Shown: piece by piece, positions 1 to 9,408 of the stretch
Layout: every line of letters starts with the position of its first letter
How positions within the stretch are numbered: position 1 is the stretch's first letter
Assembly: GCA_017555455.1 (NCBI GenBank)
Contig: JAFZGJ010000195.1
Coordinates: forward strand, 1 to 23,283
Source: Lachnospiraceae bacterium
Lineage (GTDB): Bacteria > Bacillota > Clostridia > Lachnospirales > Lachnospiraceae
DNA: 23,283 nucleotides
Direction of reading: 5' to 3'
The notes under the pieces: model-generated
The model's input: the letters and a program-made list of their open reading frames with translations, nothing else
Databases searched by the model: none
Told to the model about the DNA's origin: nothing
Translations under genes and position numbers: made by a program

Positions 1-441
1 ATTGATTGTTTTGAAATTGATGATTTTGAAAATATTGAATTTCCAGAAGAATTTCAGCATGCTGGATTAAAATATCCGATTGATTCAGATGTAATTCAAA
101 TGGTATTAATTCCATATTTAGAATATTTACGCCAACAGTGGCTTAAATTACAAGAATTAATTCAATTACCTTCTGGTGATGCTGAATATATTAAAAGTTT
201 AGAAAAACGAGCTAAAAAAATCTGGAAAGAATTAGTTCGTTGGTTGCCAGAAGCTTGGCTACAGAGACGCACAATTACTATGAATTATGAAAATTTATTA
301 GGCATGTGCAGTAAAGGTCAGCGCAGATTTCATAAATTAAATGAATGGTCTGGCGTGGATAATTCTGATTTAGAAAATTTTATTGCTTTTGCTCGCTCAT
401 TACCTTATGCAGAAGATTTTATCTTCATAGATGAAAATTGA
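1..441 (+). CDS. hypothetical protein, 5'-truncated by the window edge (ORF-track piece 100..441)
   Basis: Frame 1 is open from nt 1 to TGA at 439-441. No recognisable motif. Confidence 0.45.
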   Translation: MDCFEIDDFENIEFPEEFQHAGLKYPIDSDVIQMVLIPYLEYLRQQWLKLQELIQLPSGDAEYIKSLEKRAKKIWKELVRWLPEAWLQRRTITMNYENLLGMCSKGQRRFHKLNEWSGVDNSDLENFIAFARSLPYAEDFIFIDEN

Positions 442-466
442 CTTTTTAAAAATTTTATGATATAAT
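438..466 (+). promoter_or_regulatory. sigma-A type promoter P1: TTGACT(438-443), 17-nt spacer, TG-extended TATAAT(461-466)
   Basis: Read directly: ttgact tttttaaaaattttatga tataat. It overlaps the stop of the upstream ORF and lies 36 nt before the ATG at 502. Confidence 0.6.
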
Positions 467-501
467 ATATTTATAAGATTAAAAGAAAAGGAATAAAATT
501 T

Positions 502-876
502 ATGAGTAAATGCGATGAATTCTTAAAATTTTTTGATGAATTAGTTAGTAAAAATCAACCATTAAGTATCCCTGTGAATGTGCAAGAATTTTATGATATG
601 TTAAAAGCTTCTGACTTAAAAGCAGAAAAACCCGCTTTTACAGAAACAGGTTTAGCAATTTTAACATATTTACAAAATTCTGACATTAAACCATCAAAAG
701 CAAAAGATATTGCGGAAGGTATGAATATGCCATCTAAAAAAGTTTCTGGAGCGATGACTAAATTAGTTAATGATGGATACTTAGAAAAGCTAAATAATGG
801 CAGTCCTATTATTTATGCTCTAACAGAAAAAGGTAAAAATTTAAATTTAAATGAAATTAAAGGAGAAACAGTGTAA
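502..876 (+). CDS. small hypothetical protein, possibly a winged-helix DNA-binding protein
   Basis: ATG at 502, with AAAGGAATAAAA upstream. The C-terminal half (DIAEGMNMPSKKVSGAMTKLVNDGYLEK) resembles MarR/PadR-type recognition helix plus wing. Confidence 0.5.
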   Translation: MSKCDEFLKFFDELVSKNQPLSIPVNVQEFYDMLKASDLKAEKPAFTETGLAILTYLQNSDIKPSKAKDIAEGMNMPSKKVSGAMTKLVNDGYLEKLNNGSPIIYALTEKGKNLNLNEIKGETV

Positions 877-1832
877 TGAAAAAGAAAATGTTTAATGAAA
901 CTCACATTGAAGGTCGCGTATATGAGCATGATTTAGCTTTAAAAGTAAGTGGTGATGCTTCTAAAAAACCAGGGACAGAATTTATTTCCGGGACATTAAA
1001 AATCGCAACAGATGAAGAATGTCTGAACGTAGTAGAAATCCATTTCACATATGTAACTGCTGTAACTAGTAAAGGTAGTGCTAACGCAACATTTACAGTA
1101 TTAAAAAATATTATTGATGGTAATGTAAAAACTGTAATGGCTAATGGCGCCGATGAAGCACAGTATGTAAGAATTGATTCTGCAATTGGTTTAAATGATT
1201 TTTATACAACAGATAAAACCAGTGGTGCAGAAACCTTAATTTCTGCTAAACGAGTAGAAGGTGGATTTATTCACACAATGGCAGCATCTGAATTAAATGC
1301 GGATGAAGCACAGCGCTCCACCTTTAGAGTAGATATGGTTATTACTAACGCAGTGCGCAAACAGGCAGATGAAGAAAGAAATTTACCAGAAAAAATGATT
1401 TTAAAAGGTGCTATTTTTGATTTTAGAAAAGCTTTATTACCAATTGAATTAAGCGTATTAAATCCAGCAGCTATGGATTATTTTGAAGGTTTAGAAATTT
1501 CTAATAAAAATCCAGTATTTACTCAGTTAAAAGGTAAAATTGTTTCTACAACAGTAAGTAAAACAATTACAGAAGAATCTGCTTTTGGCGAACCATCTGT
1601 AAGAACAGTTAAATCTACAAATAAAGATTATGTTGTTACTTGGGCAGCAGCAGATACTTATGAATGGGATAGCGAAGAATTCATCACTGGTCAGGAATTA
1701 AATGAAGCAATGCAGAACAGAGAAGTTTATTTAGCTGATGTGAAACGCAAAGCTGATGAATATAAAGCTAATAAAAATAATGCACTTAATAAAGCAACTT
1801 CTGCTCCTACAACTAAAACTTATAATTTCTAA
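876..1832 (+). CDS. hypothetical protein; possibly the ssDNA-binding or annealing partner of the downstream Sak4-like ATPase
   Basis: Start overlaps the upstream stop (TAATG). No motif I can name. The call rests only on position next to the Sak4-like gene. Confidence 0.5.
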   Translation: MKKKMFNETHIEGRVYEHDLALKVSGDASKKPGTEFISGTLKIATDEECLNVVEIHFTYVTAVTSKGSANATFTVLKNIIDGNVKTVMANGADEAQYVRIDSAIGLNDFYTTDKTSGAETLISAKRVEGGFIHTMAASELNADEAQRSTFRVDMVITNAVRKQADEERNLPEKMILKGAIFDFRKALLPIELSVLNPAAMDYFEGLEISNKNPVFTQLKGKIVSTTVSKTITEESAFGEPSVRTVKSTNKDYVVTWAAADTYEWDSEEFITGQELNEAMQNREVYLADVKRKADEYKANKNNALNKATSAPTTKTYNF

Positions 1833-1855
1833 TTAATCGAAAGGAGTAAAGAATA

Positions 1856-2833
1856 ATGGCGGCTATTAATTTATTGAATATTCAGCCTCATCAGGTAAGT
1901 AGAGATTTAAGTGGTTATATCACTTTTATTTATGGGGCACCAAAAACAGGTAAAACTACTTTAGCAACACAGATGAAAGGTTCTTTACTGCTAGCTTTTG
2001 AAAGAGGTTATAACGCTCTGCCAGGTGTAATCGCCCAGGATATTACTTCCTGGAGCGAATTCCGCCAGGTATATAGAGAATTAAAAAAACCAGAAGTAAA
2101 AGCTACATTTAATGCGGTTATTTTAGATACGGTTGATATCGCTGCTGATATGTGTCAAAAATATATTTGCAACCAAAAAGATATTGAATCGTTAGGTGAT
2201 TTAGGGTATGGTAAAGGTTGGACTGCATTCAAAGAAGAATTTAATGAAGTTATTCGCGGTTTAACTCAATTAGGCTATGCAGTCTTTTTCATTGGTCATC
2301 ACAAAGAAGTAACAGTAACTGACCCAGATGGGACTGAACGTATCGTAATTCGCCCATCTTTATCTAACTCTACAAGAACAGTAGTAGAAGGTATGGCAGA
2401 TATTTATGGTTATGCTCATCAGTCTAGAGCGAGTGAAATGTCTGTATTAACATTACGCTCTCCTGATGATTCTATTAGTTGTGGTGGGAGATTTAAATAT
2501 TTACCAAATGAAATTCCTTTAAGTTATAATAATTTAGTTAGCGCTTTAAGTGAAGCTATTGAAAAAGAAGCTGCAGAAAATGGCGGTCAGTTTGTTACTA
2601 ATGAAAAGTTAAAAGTAACAACTCTTGAAAAAGAATATGATTATGATGAAATGATGAAACAGGTAAATGAATTAATTAATAAATTAATGTCATTAAATCA
2701 GTCAAATGCGGTAAAAATTACCTCTGTCATTGAAAAATATTTAGGTAAAGGTCGAAAAGTTGCAGATTGCACTCCTACCCAATGTGAACAGTTAGAACTA
2801 ATTATCTTGGACTTAAATGATTTATTAGGCTAA
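1856..2833 (+). CDS. Sak4-like RecA-fold AAA ATPase (phage recombination or ssDNA-annealing ATPase)
   Basis: AAGGAG ribosome-binding site. Walker A motif IYGAPKTGKTTLATQM near the N-terminus. Size and layout are typical of phage Sak4/AAA_24 proteins. Confidence 0.65.
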   Translation: MAAINLLNIQPHQVSRDLSGYITFIYGAPKTGKTTLATQMKGSLLLAFERGYNALPGVIAQDITSWSEFRQVYRELKKPEVKATFNAVILDTVDIAADMCQKYICNQKDIESLGDLGYGKGWTAFKEEFNEVIRGLTQLGYAVFFIGHHKEVTVTDPDGTERIVIRPSLSNSTRTVVEGMADIYGYAHQSRASEMSVLTLRSPDDSISCGGRFKYLPNEIPLSYNNLVSALSEAIEKEAAENGGQFVTNEKLKVTTLEKEYDYDEMMKQVNELINKLMSLNQSNAVKITSVIEKYLGKGRKVADCTPTQCEQLELIILDLNDLLG

Positions 2834-2840
2834 TAATTAA

Positions 2841-2877
2841 AAGGAGTATTTAGAAATAAATACTCCTTTTTGATTTT
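2841..2877 (+). terminator. rho-independent terminator T1
   Basis: aaggagtattta-gaaa-taaatactcctt hairpin followed by tttgatttttt. Confidence 0.7.
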
Positions 2878-2898
2878 TTATATAAAATATGATATTAT
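2870..2898 (+). promoter_or_regulatory. sigma-A type promoter P2: TTGATT, 17 nt, TG-extended TATTAT
   Basis: ttgatt(2870-2875), then a 17-nt spacer ending in tga, then tattat(2893-2898). Shares the tatgatatNat core with P1, P3 and P4. Confidence 0.55.
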
Positions 2899-2927
2899 AT
2901 TTATATAAAGAATAAGGAAGGTGAACA

Positions 2928-3455
2928 ATGGGACATAGAGTTAAATGTTATTATTGCGGACATACATTTGATAGAGATAAGGAACCATTTGTTCCAATTG
3001 AAGGTAAGAGAAGATACGCTCATAAGTTATGTTATGATAGAGCTCGGTCCGCGGAGCAAGAGAATGAAGAAAATAAAATTCAATTAGAAAATTATATTAA
3101 AGAGTTGTTTAATTATAAAACTCTTCCAGAGCCTATTAATCGTCAAATTAGAGAGTATTTAATTGATAAAAATTATACTTATAAAGGAATATTAAAATCA
3201 CTTAAATATTTTTATGAAATAAAAAACGGCGATAAAGAAAAAGCTCATGGAAGGATTGGCATTGTTCCATATGTTTATGAAGATGCGCATAATTACTATT
3301 TAGCTTTATTTGAAGCAAAAGAAAAGAATGAACAAGTAGTTGTTTCTGATTATGTATTGCCAACTCGCGTAGTTTGCATAAGAGACCCGGAAAGAAGTCC
3401 AATGACAGGAAAACGAAAGTTATTTTCTTTCTTAGATGAGGAGGAAAATGAGTGA
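2928..3455 (+). CDS. zinc-ribbon protein (CxxC...HxxC), translationally coupled to the helicase gene; possibly a helicase loader or replication organiser
   Basis: N-terminal CYYCGH...HKLCYD motif. Its stop overlaps the GTG start of the DnaB-like gene (GTGA). Confidence 0.5.
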   Translation: MGHRVKCYYCGHTFDRDKEPFVPIEGKRRYAHKLCYDRARSAEQENEENKIQLENYIKELFNYKTLPEPINRQIREYLIDKNYTYKGILKSLKYFYEIKNGDKEKAHGRIGIVPYVYEDAHNYYLALFEAKEKNEQVVVSDYVLPTRVVCIRDPERSPMTGKRKLFSFLDEEENE

Positions 3456-4984
3456 AAAAAAGTTCTTATGTAGATACAGTCGCGGTTATGCAAATTATAG
3501 GTTGTGTATTTAATAATCCAGAATTATTAGATATAACTGATAAATATATTATTACTGAAAATGATTTTGTAGAAGAATTTCATAAAGTTGTATTTGGTAG
3601 CATTTATAATATTTTTCAACAAGACAGTGCTGTAACTATTGATACTATTATAGATTATTTATCTGTAAGACCTAAATTTTTAGCGGTTTTTGAAACTAAT
3701 CAAGGAATTGAATATTTAACGCAAGTATCTAAAATTGCAACTGCTGATACGTTTAATTATTATTACAGTAGATTAAAGAAAATGACTTTATTAAGAGCAT
3801 ATGATCAAATTGGATTAGATGTTCGAGATTTATATGACCCAGATAATATTCTTGATTTAGATAAAAAACAAAAGCAAGAAGATTGGTTAGATATGTCATC
3901 TTTAGAAGATATTTCTAACGTAATTAATTTAAAAATTGATGAAATTAGAATTAAATATGTCGATGAAGCTAAAGGTGACGGATGGCAAGCAGGAGAAGGA
4001 ATGATCGAATTAATCGAGGATTTGGAACAAAATCCTGAAATTGGAATTCCTTTATATGGTAGATTAATTAATACAGTAACTCGCGGTGCAAGACTTAAAA
4101 AGTTTTATTTGCGGTCCGCGGCGACAGGTGTTGGTAAATCAAGAAGTATGATTGCGGATGCTTGCTATTTTTCTTGTGATGAAATATATGATGAAAATTT
4201 TGGTTGGATTAAAAATGGTAAAAGTCATCCTACATTATATATTTCAACAGAGCAAGAATTATCTGAAGTTCAAACTATGATGATGGCTTTTATCTCTAAT
4301 GTAAATGAAGAACATATTTTAAATGGCACTTATTTAGAAGGTGAAAGAGATAGAGTTATTCATGCAGCAGAAGTTTTAAAAAGAGCGAATTTATGGATTG
4401 AGTTATTACCGGATTTTTCATTAGAAGATATTGAAAATAAAATTAAGAAAAATATTCGTGAGCATGATGTAAAATATATTTGTCATGATTATATTCATAC
4501 AAGTATGAAAATTCTTGAAGAAATTACTCGTCGCTCTGGAGGAGTTAAATTACGAGAAGATAATATTTTATTTATGTTATCTACTCGTTTGAAAGATATT
4601 TGCAATCAATATGGAGTATTTATTATTTCAGCAACACAGTTAAATGGTTCTTATCAAGCATCAGAAACTCCGGACCAAAATTTATTACGTGGGGCGAAAA
4701 GTATTGCCGATAAAATTGACTGTGGGATGATTTTATTGACTCCTACTGATGAAGATTTAGTTAAATTAGAACCTATTTTAGACACAGGAAGATTTAAAAT
4801 CCCAAATATTAAAATGTCTATCTATAAAAATAGAAGAGGTAGATATAAAGGTGTTTATTTATGGTGTCATGCAGATTTAGGGACTTGTCGCATTAATCCT
4901 ATGTTTTGCACAACTTTTAATCACGAAATGGTAACTATTGAAGATATTAAGGTTATAGTAGATGATGCACCAGGTGCATTTTAA
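3452..4984 (+). CDS. dnaB: DnaB-family replicative DNA helicase
   Basis: GTG start after GAGGAGG. DnaB-like N-terminal domain. C-terminal RecA-like domain with Walker A motif SAATGVGKSR. Confidence 0.7.
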   Translation: MKKSSYVDTVAVMQIIGCVFNNPELLDITDKYIITENDFVEEFHKVVFGSIYNIFQQDSAVTIDTIIDYLSVRPKFLAVFETNQGIEYLTQVSKIATADTFNYYYSRLKKMTLLRAYDQIGLDVRDLYDPDNILDLDKKQKQEDWLDMSSLEDISNVINLKIDEIRIKYVDEAKGDGWQAGEGMIELIEDLEQNPEIGIPLYGRLINTVTRGARLKKFYLRSAATGVGKSRSMIADACYFSCDEIYDENFGWIKNGKSHPTLYISTEQELSEVQTMMMAFISNVNEEHILNGTYLEGERDRVIHAAEVLKRANLWIELLPDFSLEDIENKIKKNIREHDVKYICHDYIHTSMKILEEITRRSGGVKLREDNILFMLSTRLKDICNQYGVFIISATQLNGSYQASETPDQNLLRGAKSIADKIDCGMILLTPTDEDLVKLEPILDTGRFKIPNIKMSIYKNRRGRYKGVYLWCHADLGTCRINPMFCTTFNHEMVTIEDIKVIVDDAPGAF

Positions 4985-4996
4985 GGAGAAGAGATT

Positions 4997-5170
4997 ATGA
5001 AAAATATTGTTAATAATTATAAATATAAAATGTCTAAAGCTTGTTTTGAATCTATTATTAATACAAGACAGGGAAAAGAAAAATCAATGAACCCTTATAT
5101 TTATGCCGCAGATTATATTAATAAAGAATATGGTTTAAAAGGCACTTGTGTTGAAGTTGTTGTATATTAA
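4997..5170 (+). CDS. small hypothetical protein (57 aa), absent from the ORF track
   Basis: ATG at 4997 preceded by AAGGAGAAG. It ends at TAA 5168-5170, overlapping the primase ATG (TAATG). It fills the helicase-primase gap exactly. Confidence 0.35.
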   Translation: MKNIVNNYKYKMSKACFESIINTRQGKEKSMNPYIYAADYINKEYGLKGTCVEVVVY

Positions 5171-6279
5171 TGGCTGGTTATTATAATAAAGACGAACTAA
5201 GGGAACAGCTGGAAGTAGAAAATATTTACGATTTAATTGTTGAATTGGGAGGCGAACCTGAATATACTTCATTCGGGTTAGTCTCTCAGACAATTTGTCA
5301 TAATGAGCCGGGCGAAGGTTCCCGCAAACTTTATTACTATGAAAATAGTGGGTTATTTAAATGTTACACAGATTGTGATGACACTTTTGATGCTTTTGAT
5401 TTAGTAATTAAAGCTATGAAAATTCAAAAGCATTTAGATTGGGAATTATATGATGCAATGTGTTATATTGCAGAATTTTTTGGATTTTCAGAAAGTGAAC
5501 GTCCAGAAGATAAAATCCAAGGTTTAAAAGATTGGGATTTACTTAAAAGATATAATTATAAAAATAATGATTACTATCATGGTTCTCAAATAAGAGAAAT
5601 TAAAGAAATTAATCCTATTATTTTAACAAGATTTTCTTATCCTCGAATTTTTAATTGGGAACAAGAAGGCATTAGTTTAGAAGTGTGTAGAAAAAATTTA
5701 ATTGGATATTATCCGGGAAATGAACAAATTACTATTCCTCATTTTGACATTAATGGAAAACTAATAGGAATTAGAGGTAGAACATTAATCGATGAAGATG
5801 GGGAACGATATGGGAAATATCGCCCTCTTTATATCAATCATATTTTATATAATCATCCTTTAAGTATTAATTTATATAATTTAAACAAAAGTAAGAAAAA
5901 TATTGAAAAAAGCAAGACCGCAATTATATTTGAATCTGAGAAATCCTGTTTAATGTATCAAACAATATATGGTATGGACAAAGATATTTCAGTGGCCTGT
6001 TGCGGAAGCAGTATTTCAAATTATCAAATTGATTTATTAGAACAATTGGGTGTTAAAGAGGTTGTTATCGCTTTTGATAGACAATTTAAAGAAATTGGTG
6101 ATGATGAATTTACACGATTAACAAATAAAATTATTAATATTAAAAAGAAATATGGTAATAGAATTAGGATAACGGCTATATTTGATAAAGAAATGATAAC
6201 TCCCTATAAATCAAGTCCAATCGATCAAGGGAGGCGAACTTTTGAGTATTTATTAGAAAACCGTATCAAAGATTTTTAA
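5170..6279 (+). CDS. DnaG-like DNA primase (zinc-binding domain plus Toprim)
   Basis: N-terminal CHNEPGEGS...FKCYTDCDD zinc-ribbon-like motif. Toprim-like IIFESEKSC ... AFDRQFKE in the C-terminal half. Confidence 0.6.
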   Translation: MAGYYNKDELREQLEVENIYDLIVELGGEPEYTSFGLVSQTICHNEPGEGSRKLYYYENSGLFKCYTDCDDTFDAFDLVIKAMKIQKHLDWELYDAMCYIAEFFGFSESERPEDKIQGLKDWDLLKRYNYKNNDYYHGSQIREIKEINPIILTRFSYPRIFNWEQEGISLEVCRKNLIGYYPGNEQITIPHFDINGKLIGIRGRTLIDEDGERYGKYRPLYINHILYNHPLSINLYNLNKSKKNIEKSKTAIIFESEKSCLMYQTIYGMDKDISVACCGSSISNYQIDLLEQLGVKEVVIAFDRQFKEIGDDEFTRLTNKIINIKKKYGNRIRITAIFDKEMITPYKSSPIDQGRRTFEYLLENRIKDF

Positions 6280-6342
6280 TTTATTTAATAAAAAACTTAA
6301 AGTATTTAGTGGTGTTCTCATGAAAGGAGGTTGAATCCTATT

Positions 6343-8088
6343 ATGGAATATCAACTATATAACTTAGAATTCCCGCAAGAAAAAGATATTAAATTAACTG
6401 CGGTAGAACGAGTTTTAACCAATAGAGGAATACCTCTAGAAGATGTAGAACACTACTTAAATACTACTGATAATGATATTATTAATCCTTTAGAATTAGC
6501 TAATATTCACGAAGGCGCGGTAATGCTTATCAGACATATTGAGCAAAGAGACAATGTTCTAATTCAAATAGATTCAGATTGCGATGGCTATACTTCTGCG
6601 GCTGTCCTGATTAATTATTTGAATTGTCTATTCCCTGCTTTTGCTCAAAGTAATATTTATTATAGAGTCCACACAGGGAAACAACATGGTTTAATTCCTG
6701 AAACAGTACCAGAAGATGTAAAATTAGTTATTTTACCAGATTCTAGTTCTAATGATTATGAGGAACATAAAGTAATGAAAGAAAAAGGAATTGACGTGTT
6801 GGTAATCGATCATCATGAAGCTGAAAAAATTTCTCCAGATGCTTGTGTTATTAATAATCAATTATGTGATTATCCAAATAAAACATTATCTGGGGTTGGA
6901 GTAGTCTATAAATTTTGTTCCTATATTGACTCTTTATTAGGAACAAAACACGCTGATAAATATTTAGACTTAGTAGCTTTAGGGATAATCGGAGATGTAA
7001 TGGATTTAAGAAATTTTGAAACAAAACATTTGGTCAATAAAGGTCTTCAACAAATTCAAAATCCTTACTTCAAAAGCATGGTTGCAAAAGCTGAATTTAA
7101 AATAGGCAAATCAATTACTGCTGATGGAGTAGCTTTTTACGTCGCGCCATTTGTAAACGCAGTAACCCGCGTTGGCTCGCAAGAAGAAAAGCTTACATTA
7201 TTCGAGTCTATGCTTGACCATCGGGCATATGAACAAGTGCCTTCGACCAAAAGAGGATGTAAGGGTCAAACAGAGACAAGAGTAGAACAAGCTTGTCGTA
7301 GTTGCGCAAACATTAAAAATAGACAAACTAAAGCACGAGACGAAAGCTTGAATAAAATTGAACAAACAATAGAAGAAAATCAGCTATTAAAAAATAAACT
7401 TTTAGTTATACCATTAAATACAGGCGAAGTTAATAAAAATTTAACTGGTTTAATCGCTAATATTTTAATGAGCAAATATCAAAAACCAGTTATGCTTTTA
7501 AATAAAACTGAGCATATGTATGAGGGTTCCGCGCGAGGTAGTAATCAATCTAAATTTAACAATTTTAAAGAATTTGTTAATAATAGCGGATACGCGAATT
7601 ACGCTGAAGGTCATGCCCAAGCATTCGGTGCCGGTATTCCTCAATGTAGATTAGATGATTTTATCGAATGTGCAAATATTGAATTAGCTGATTTTGACTT
7701 CTCCCCATATTATAAAGTTGATTGTATTTATGACTTTGATAATGTAGATGGTTCTTTTGTTTTAGATGTAGCAAATATGAAATCATTATGGGGCCAAGGG
7801 GTTCCGGAACCTTTTATCGCGATTGAAAATGTAAAAATATCAAAAGATAACATTACATTAATGTCAAAAGATAAAAATCCAACCTTAAAGATAACCTTGC
7901 CTAATGGAGGCAGTTTAATCAAATTCAGGTCGTCTAATGAGGAATATGAAAATTTATATTCTGAATTAGGTTGTGTAACCATTAATGTCGTTGGTAAATG
8001 TGAACGAAACGAATGGAATGGAAAAATCCACCCACAAATTATAATTGAAGATTACGAAATTGTAGGAAGAACAGCTTACTATTTCTAA
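6343..8088 (+). CDS. RecJ-like DHH-family ssDNA exonuclease or phosphoesterase
   Basis: DHH motifs IQIDSDCDGYTSAAVL and VIDHHEAE. ATG at 6343, 12 nt after GGAGG. The ORF track starts at a TTG at 6331, which abuts the Shine-Dalgarno sequence. Confidence 0.6.
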   Translation: MEYQLYNLEFPQEKDIKLTAVERVLTNRGIPLEDVEHYLNTTDNDIINPLELANIHEGAVMLIRHIEQRDNVLIQIDSDCDGYTSAAVLINYLNCLFPAFAQSNIYYRVHTGKQHGLIPETVPEDVKLVILPDSSSNDYEEHKVMKEKGIDVLVIDHHEAEKISPDACVINNQLCDYPNKTLSGVGVVYKFCSYIDSLLGTKHADKYLDLVALGIIGDVMDLRNFETKHLVNKGLQQIQNPYFKSMVAKAEFKIGKSITADGVAFYVAPFVNAVTRVGSQEEKLTLFESMLDHRAYEQVPSTKRGCKGQTETRVEQACRSCANIKNRQTKARDESLNKIEQTIEENQLLKNKLLVIPLNTGEVNKNLTGLIANILMSKYQKPVMLLNKTEHMYEGSARGSNQSKFNNFKEFVNNSGYANYAEGHAQAFGAGIPQCRLDDFIECANIELADFDFSPYYKVDCIYDFDNVDGSFVLDVANMKSLWGQGVPEPFIAIENVKISKDNITLMSKDKNPTLKITLPNGGSLIKFRSSNEEYENLYSELGCVTINVVGKCERNEWNGKIHPQIIIEDYEIVGRTAYYF

Positions 8089-8134
8089 TAATGCACAATA
8101 GACCTAATAGTAATATTAGGAGTTGAAAATTATT

Positions 8135-8920
8135 ATGAAAAAAACTATTCTTGTAATTATGTTGGCAGTAATTATTTTTATGATATGGATTACTCCAGTA
8201 ATTGCAAATACTACAACTTCGGAAGCTTACATCCCTTCTGAGACAACTGTTATTAAATTTACTGAAACTTCAAATAAACAAGAATTATTAAATTTAATTG
8301 AAGTGTATAAAACTGAGCAAGAAATGTTTCAAGAAAAAATAGAAGAATTAAATAAATTAGGGTTAAGTTATTCTCCTGTTTATGTTGAAACAGAAGAAAA
8401 ATTAATTATTACTGAAACTTATTTATCATATTATCAAAATAAATATGATATGATTAAAAAAGCAGAAGAAGAGGAATTATGGAAACAAAAAGCTCTTGAA
8501 TATCCCGCTGCAACGCAGATTTGGAAAGAGCTAAAAAGTTTTGGTTTTAATGATTATGTCTGCGCAGGTATTATGGGTAATATTATGGCAGAAGTTGGCG
8601 GACAAACATTGGATATTCATTGGTGGGAAAAAGGAAATGGATATTATGGGATTTGTCAATGGAGTAAAACCTATAAACAGTATGTATGGGATGCTTCATT
8701 AGACCAACAAATTAATTTTTTAACGAGTTCAATTCGTTATGAATTAAATACCTATGGTTCTAAATATAAAAAAGGTTTTGATTATACTAAATTTTATAAT
8801 CTAACAAATGAAAAAGATGCAGCTTTAGCTTTCGCGAAATGCTATGAAAGATGTGGAAAAGCATCTTATAAGCAAAGACAAATTAACGCGACTAAAGCAT
8901 ATGAGTACTTTGTGAATTAA
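8135..8920 (+). CDS. membrane-anchored or secreted protein with a phage-tail-lysozyme-like (peptidoglycan-hydrolase-like) domain
   Basis: N-terminal hydrophobic segment TILVIMLAVIIFMIWITPVIA. Central GIMGNIMAEVGG...GICQWS motif resembles the Phage_tail_lysozyme family. ATG at 8135; the ORF-track TTG at 8123 abuts the Shine-Dalgarno sequence. Confidence 0.45.
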   Translation: MKKTILVIMLAVIIFMIWITPVIANTTTSEAYIPSETTVIKFTETSNKQELLNLIEVYKTEQEMFQEKIEELNKLGLSYSPVYVETEEKLIITETYLSYYQNKYDMIKKAEEEELWKQKALEYPAATQIWKELKSFGFNDYVCAGIMGNIMAEVGGQTLDIHWWEKGNGYYGICQWSKTYKQYVWDASLDQQINFLTSSIRYELNTYGSKYKKGFDYTKFYNLTNEKDAALAFAKCYERCGKASYKQRQINATKAYEYFVN

Positions 8921-8925
8921 ATATA

Positions 8926-8969
8926 AAGGTTGAAGGAATTTCATTTTCCTTCAACCCTTATTTTTATTT
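8926..8969 (+). terminator. rho-independent terminator T2
   Basis: aaggttgaagga-atttcatt-tccttcaaccct hairpin followed by tatttttattt. Confidence 0.65.
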
Positions 8970-8981
8970 ATAGGTGATTTT

Positions 8982-9392
8982 ATGGGAAAAGAATTTAAAG
9001 TATATTGTCATAGAGATGGCTATGATGAGCAAATATTTATAAATAATCCATTTGAAAATTCATGTAAACCCGATAAATTAAGACTAATTACACAAGATAT
9101 GATGGATAATGAAGTTATAAAGGTAATAGGTGACATGGTTTTGGCTAATGAGCAACCATTCTCTGAGATTAATTATAGAATAGACAATGCTGCTTCAATA
9201 GCTTCTATTTCTGCTGTTGATCTTGTATCTGAGAATATTACTTCAATATCTGAAAAAATAGAAGAATTAAATGCAAGATTAATGATATTAGAAGACAACA
9301 TCAGGACAGACACGGAGAATCAAAAAAGCCTCCACGAAATTTTAAGAGCAAAATATAGTAATGAATTAATTCCCTTGAAAAAAATAAATTAA
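8982..9392 (+). CDS. hypothetical protein
   Basis: ORF with AGGTGA ribosome-binding site. C-terminal predicted coiled coil. No motif I can name. Confidence 0.5.
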   Translation: MGKEFKVYCHRDGYDEQIFINNPFENSCKPDKLRLITQDMMDNEVIKVIGDMVLANEQPFSEINYRIDNAASIASISAVDLVSENITSISEKIEELNARLMILEDNIRTDTENQKSLHEILRAKYSNELIPLKKIN

Positions 9393-9408
9393 ATAGGAGT
9401 GGAATATT

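Noticed and set aside
3202-3402. Short minus-strand ORFs at 3202-3402, 7728-7982 and 13352-13552
   Set aside because: Each lies entirely inside and antisense to a strongly supported plus-strand gene (the zinc-ribbon protein, the RecJ-like gene and the polymerase). Each lacks a ribosome-binding site.
3046-4122. GC-rich 10-mer cggtccgcgg (overlapping RsrII-like and SacII-like palindromes) occurring twice, at 3046-3055 and 4113-4122
   Set aside because: Both copies encode Arg-Ser-Ala in-frame in unrelated genes, and there are only two of them. It may be chance or a restriction-site remnant. The evidence is too thin to call a repeat element or binding site.
6321-8137. Recurrent start context AGGAG-TTGAA(A)-8 nt-ATG at 6326, 8118 and 19527, which made the ORF track start three genes at a TTG abutting the Shine-Dalgarno sequence
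   Set aside because: A TTG directly after the Shine-Dalgarno sequence has zero spacing and cannot initiate. The ATG 11-12 nt downstream is the plausible start. The shared context is probably just a preferred AT-rich spacer, not a separate regulatory element.
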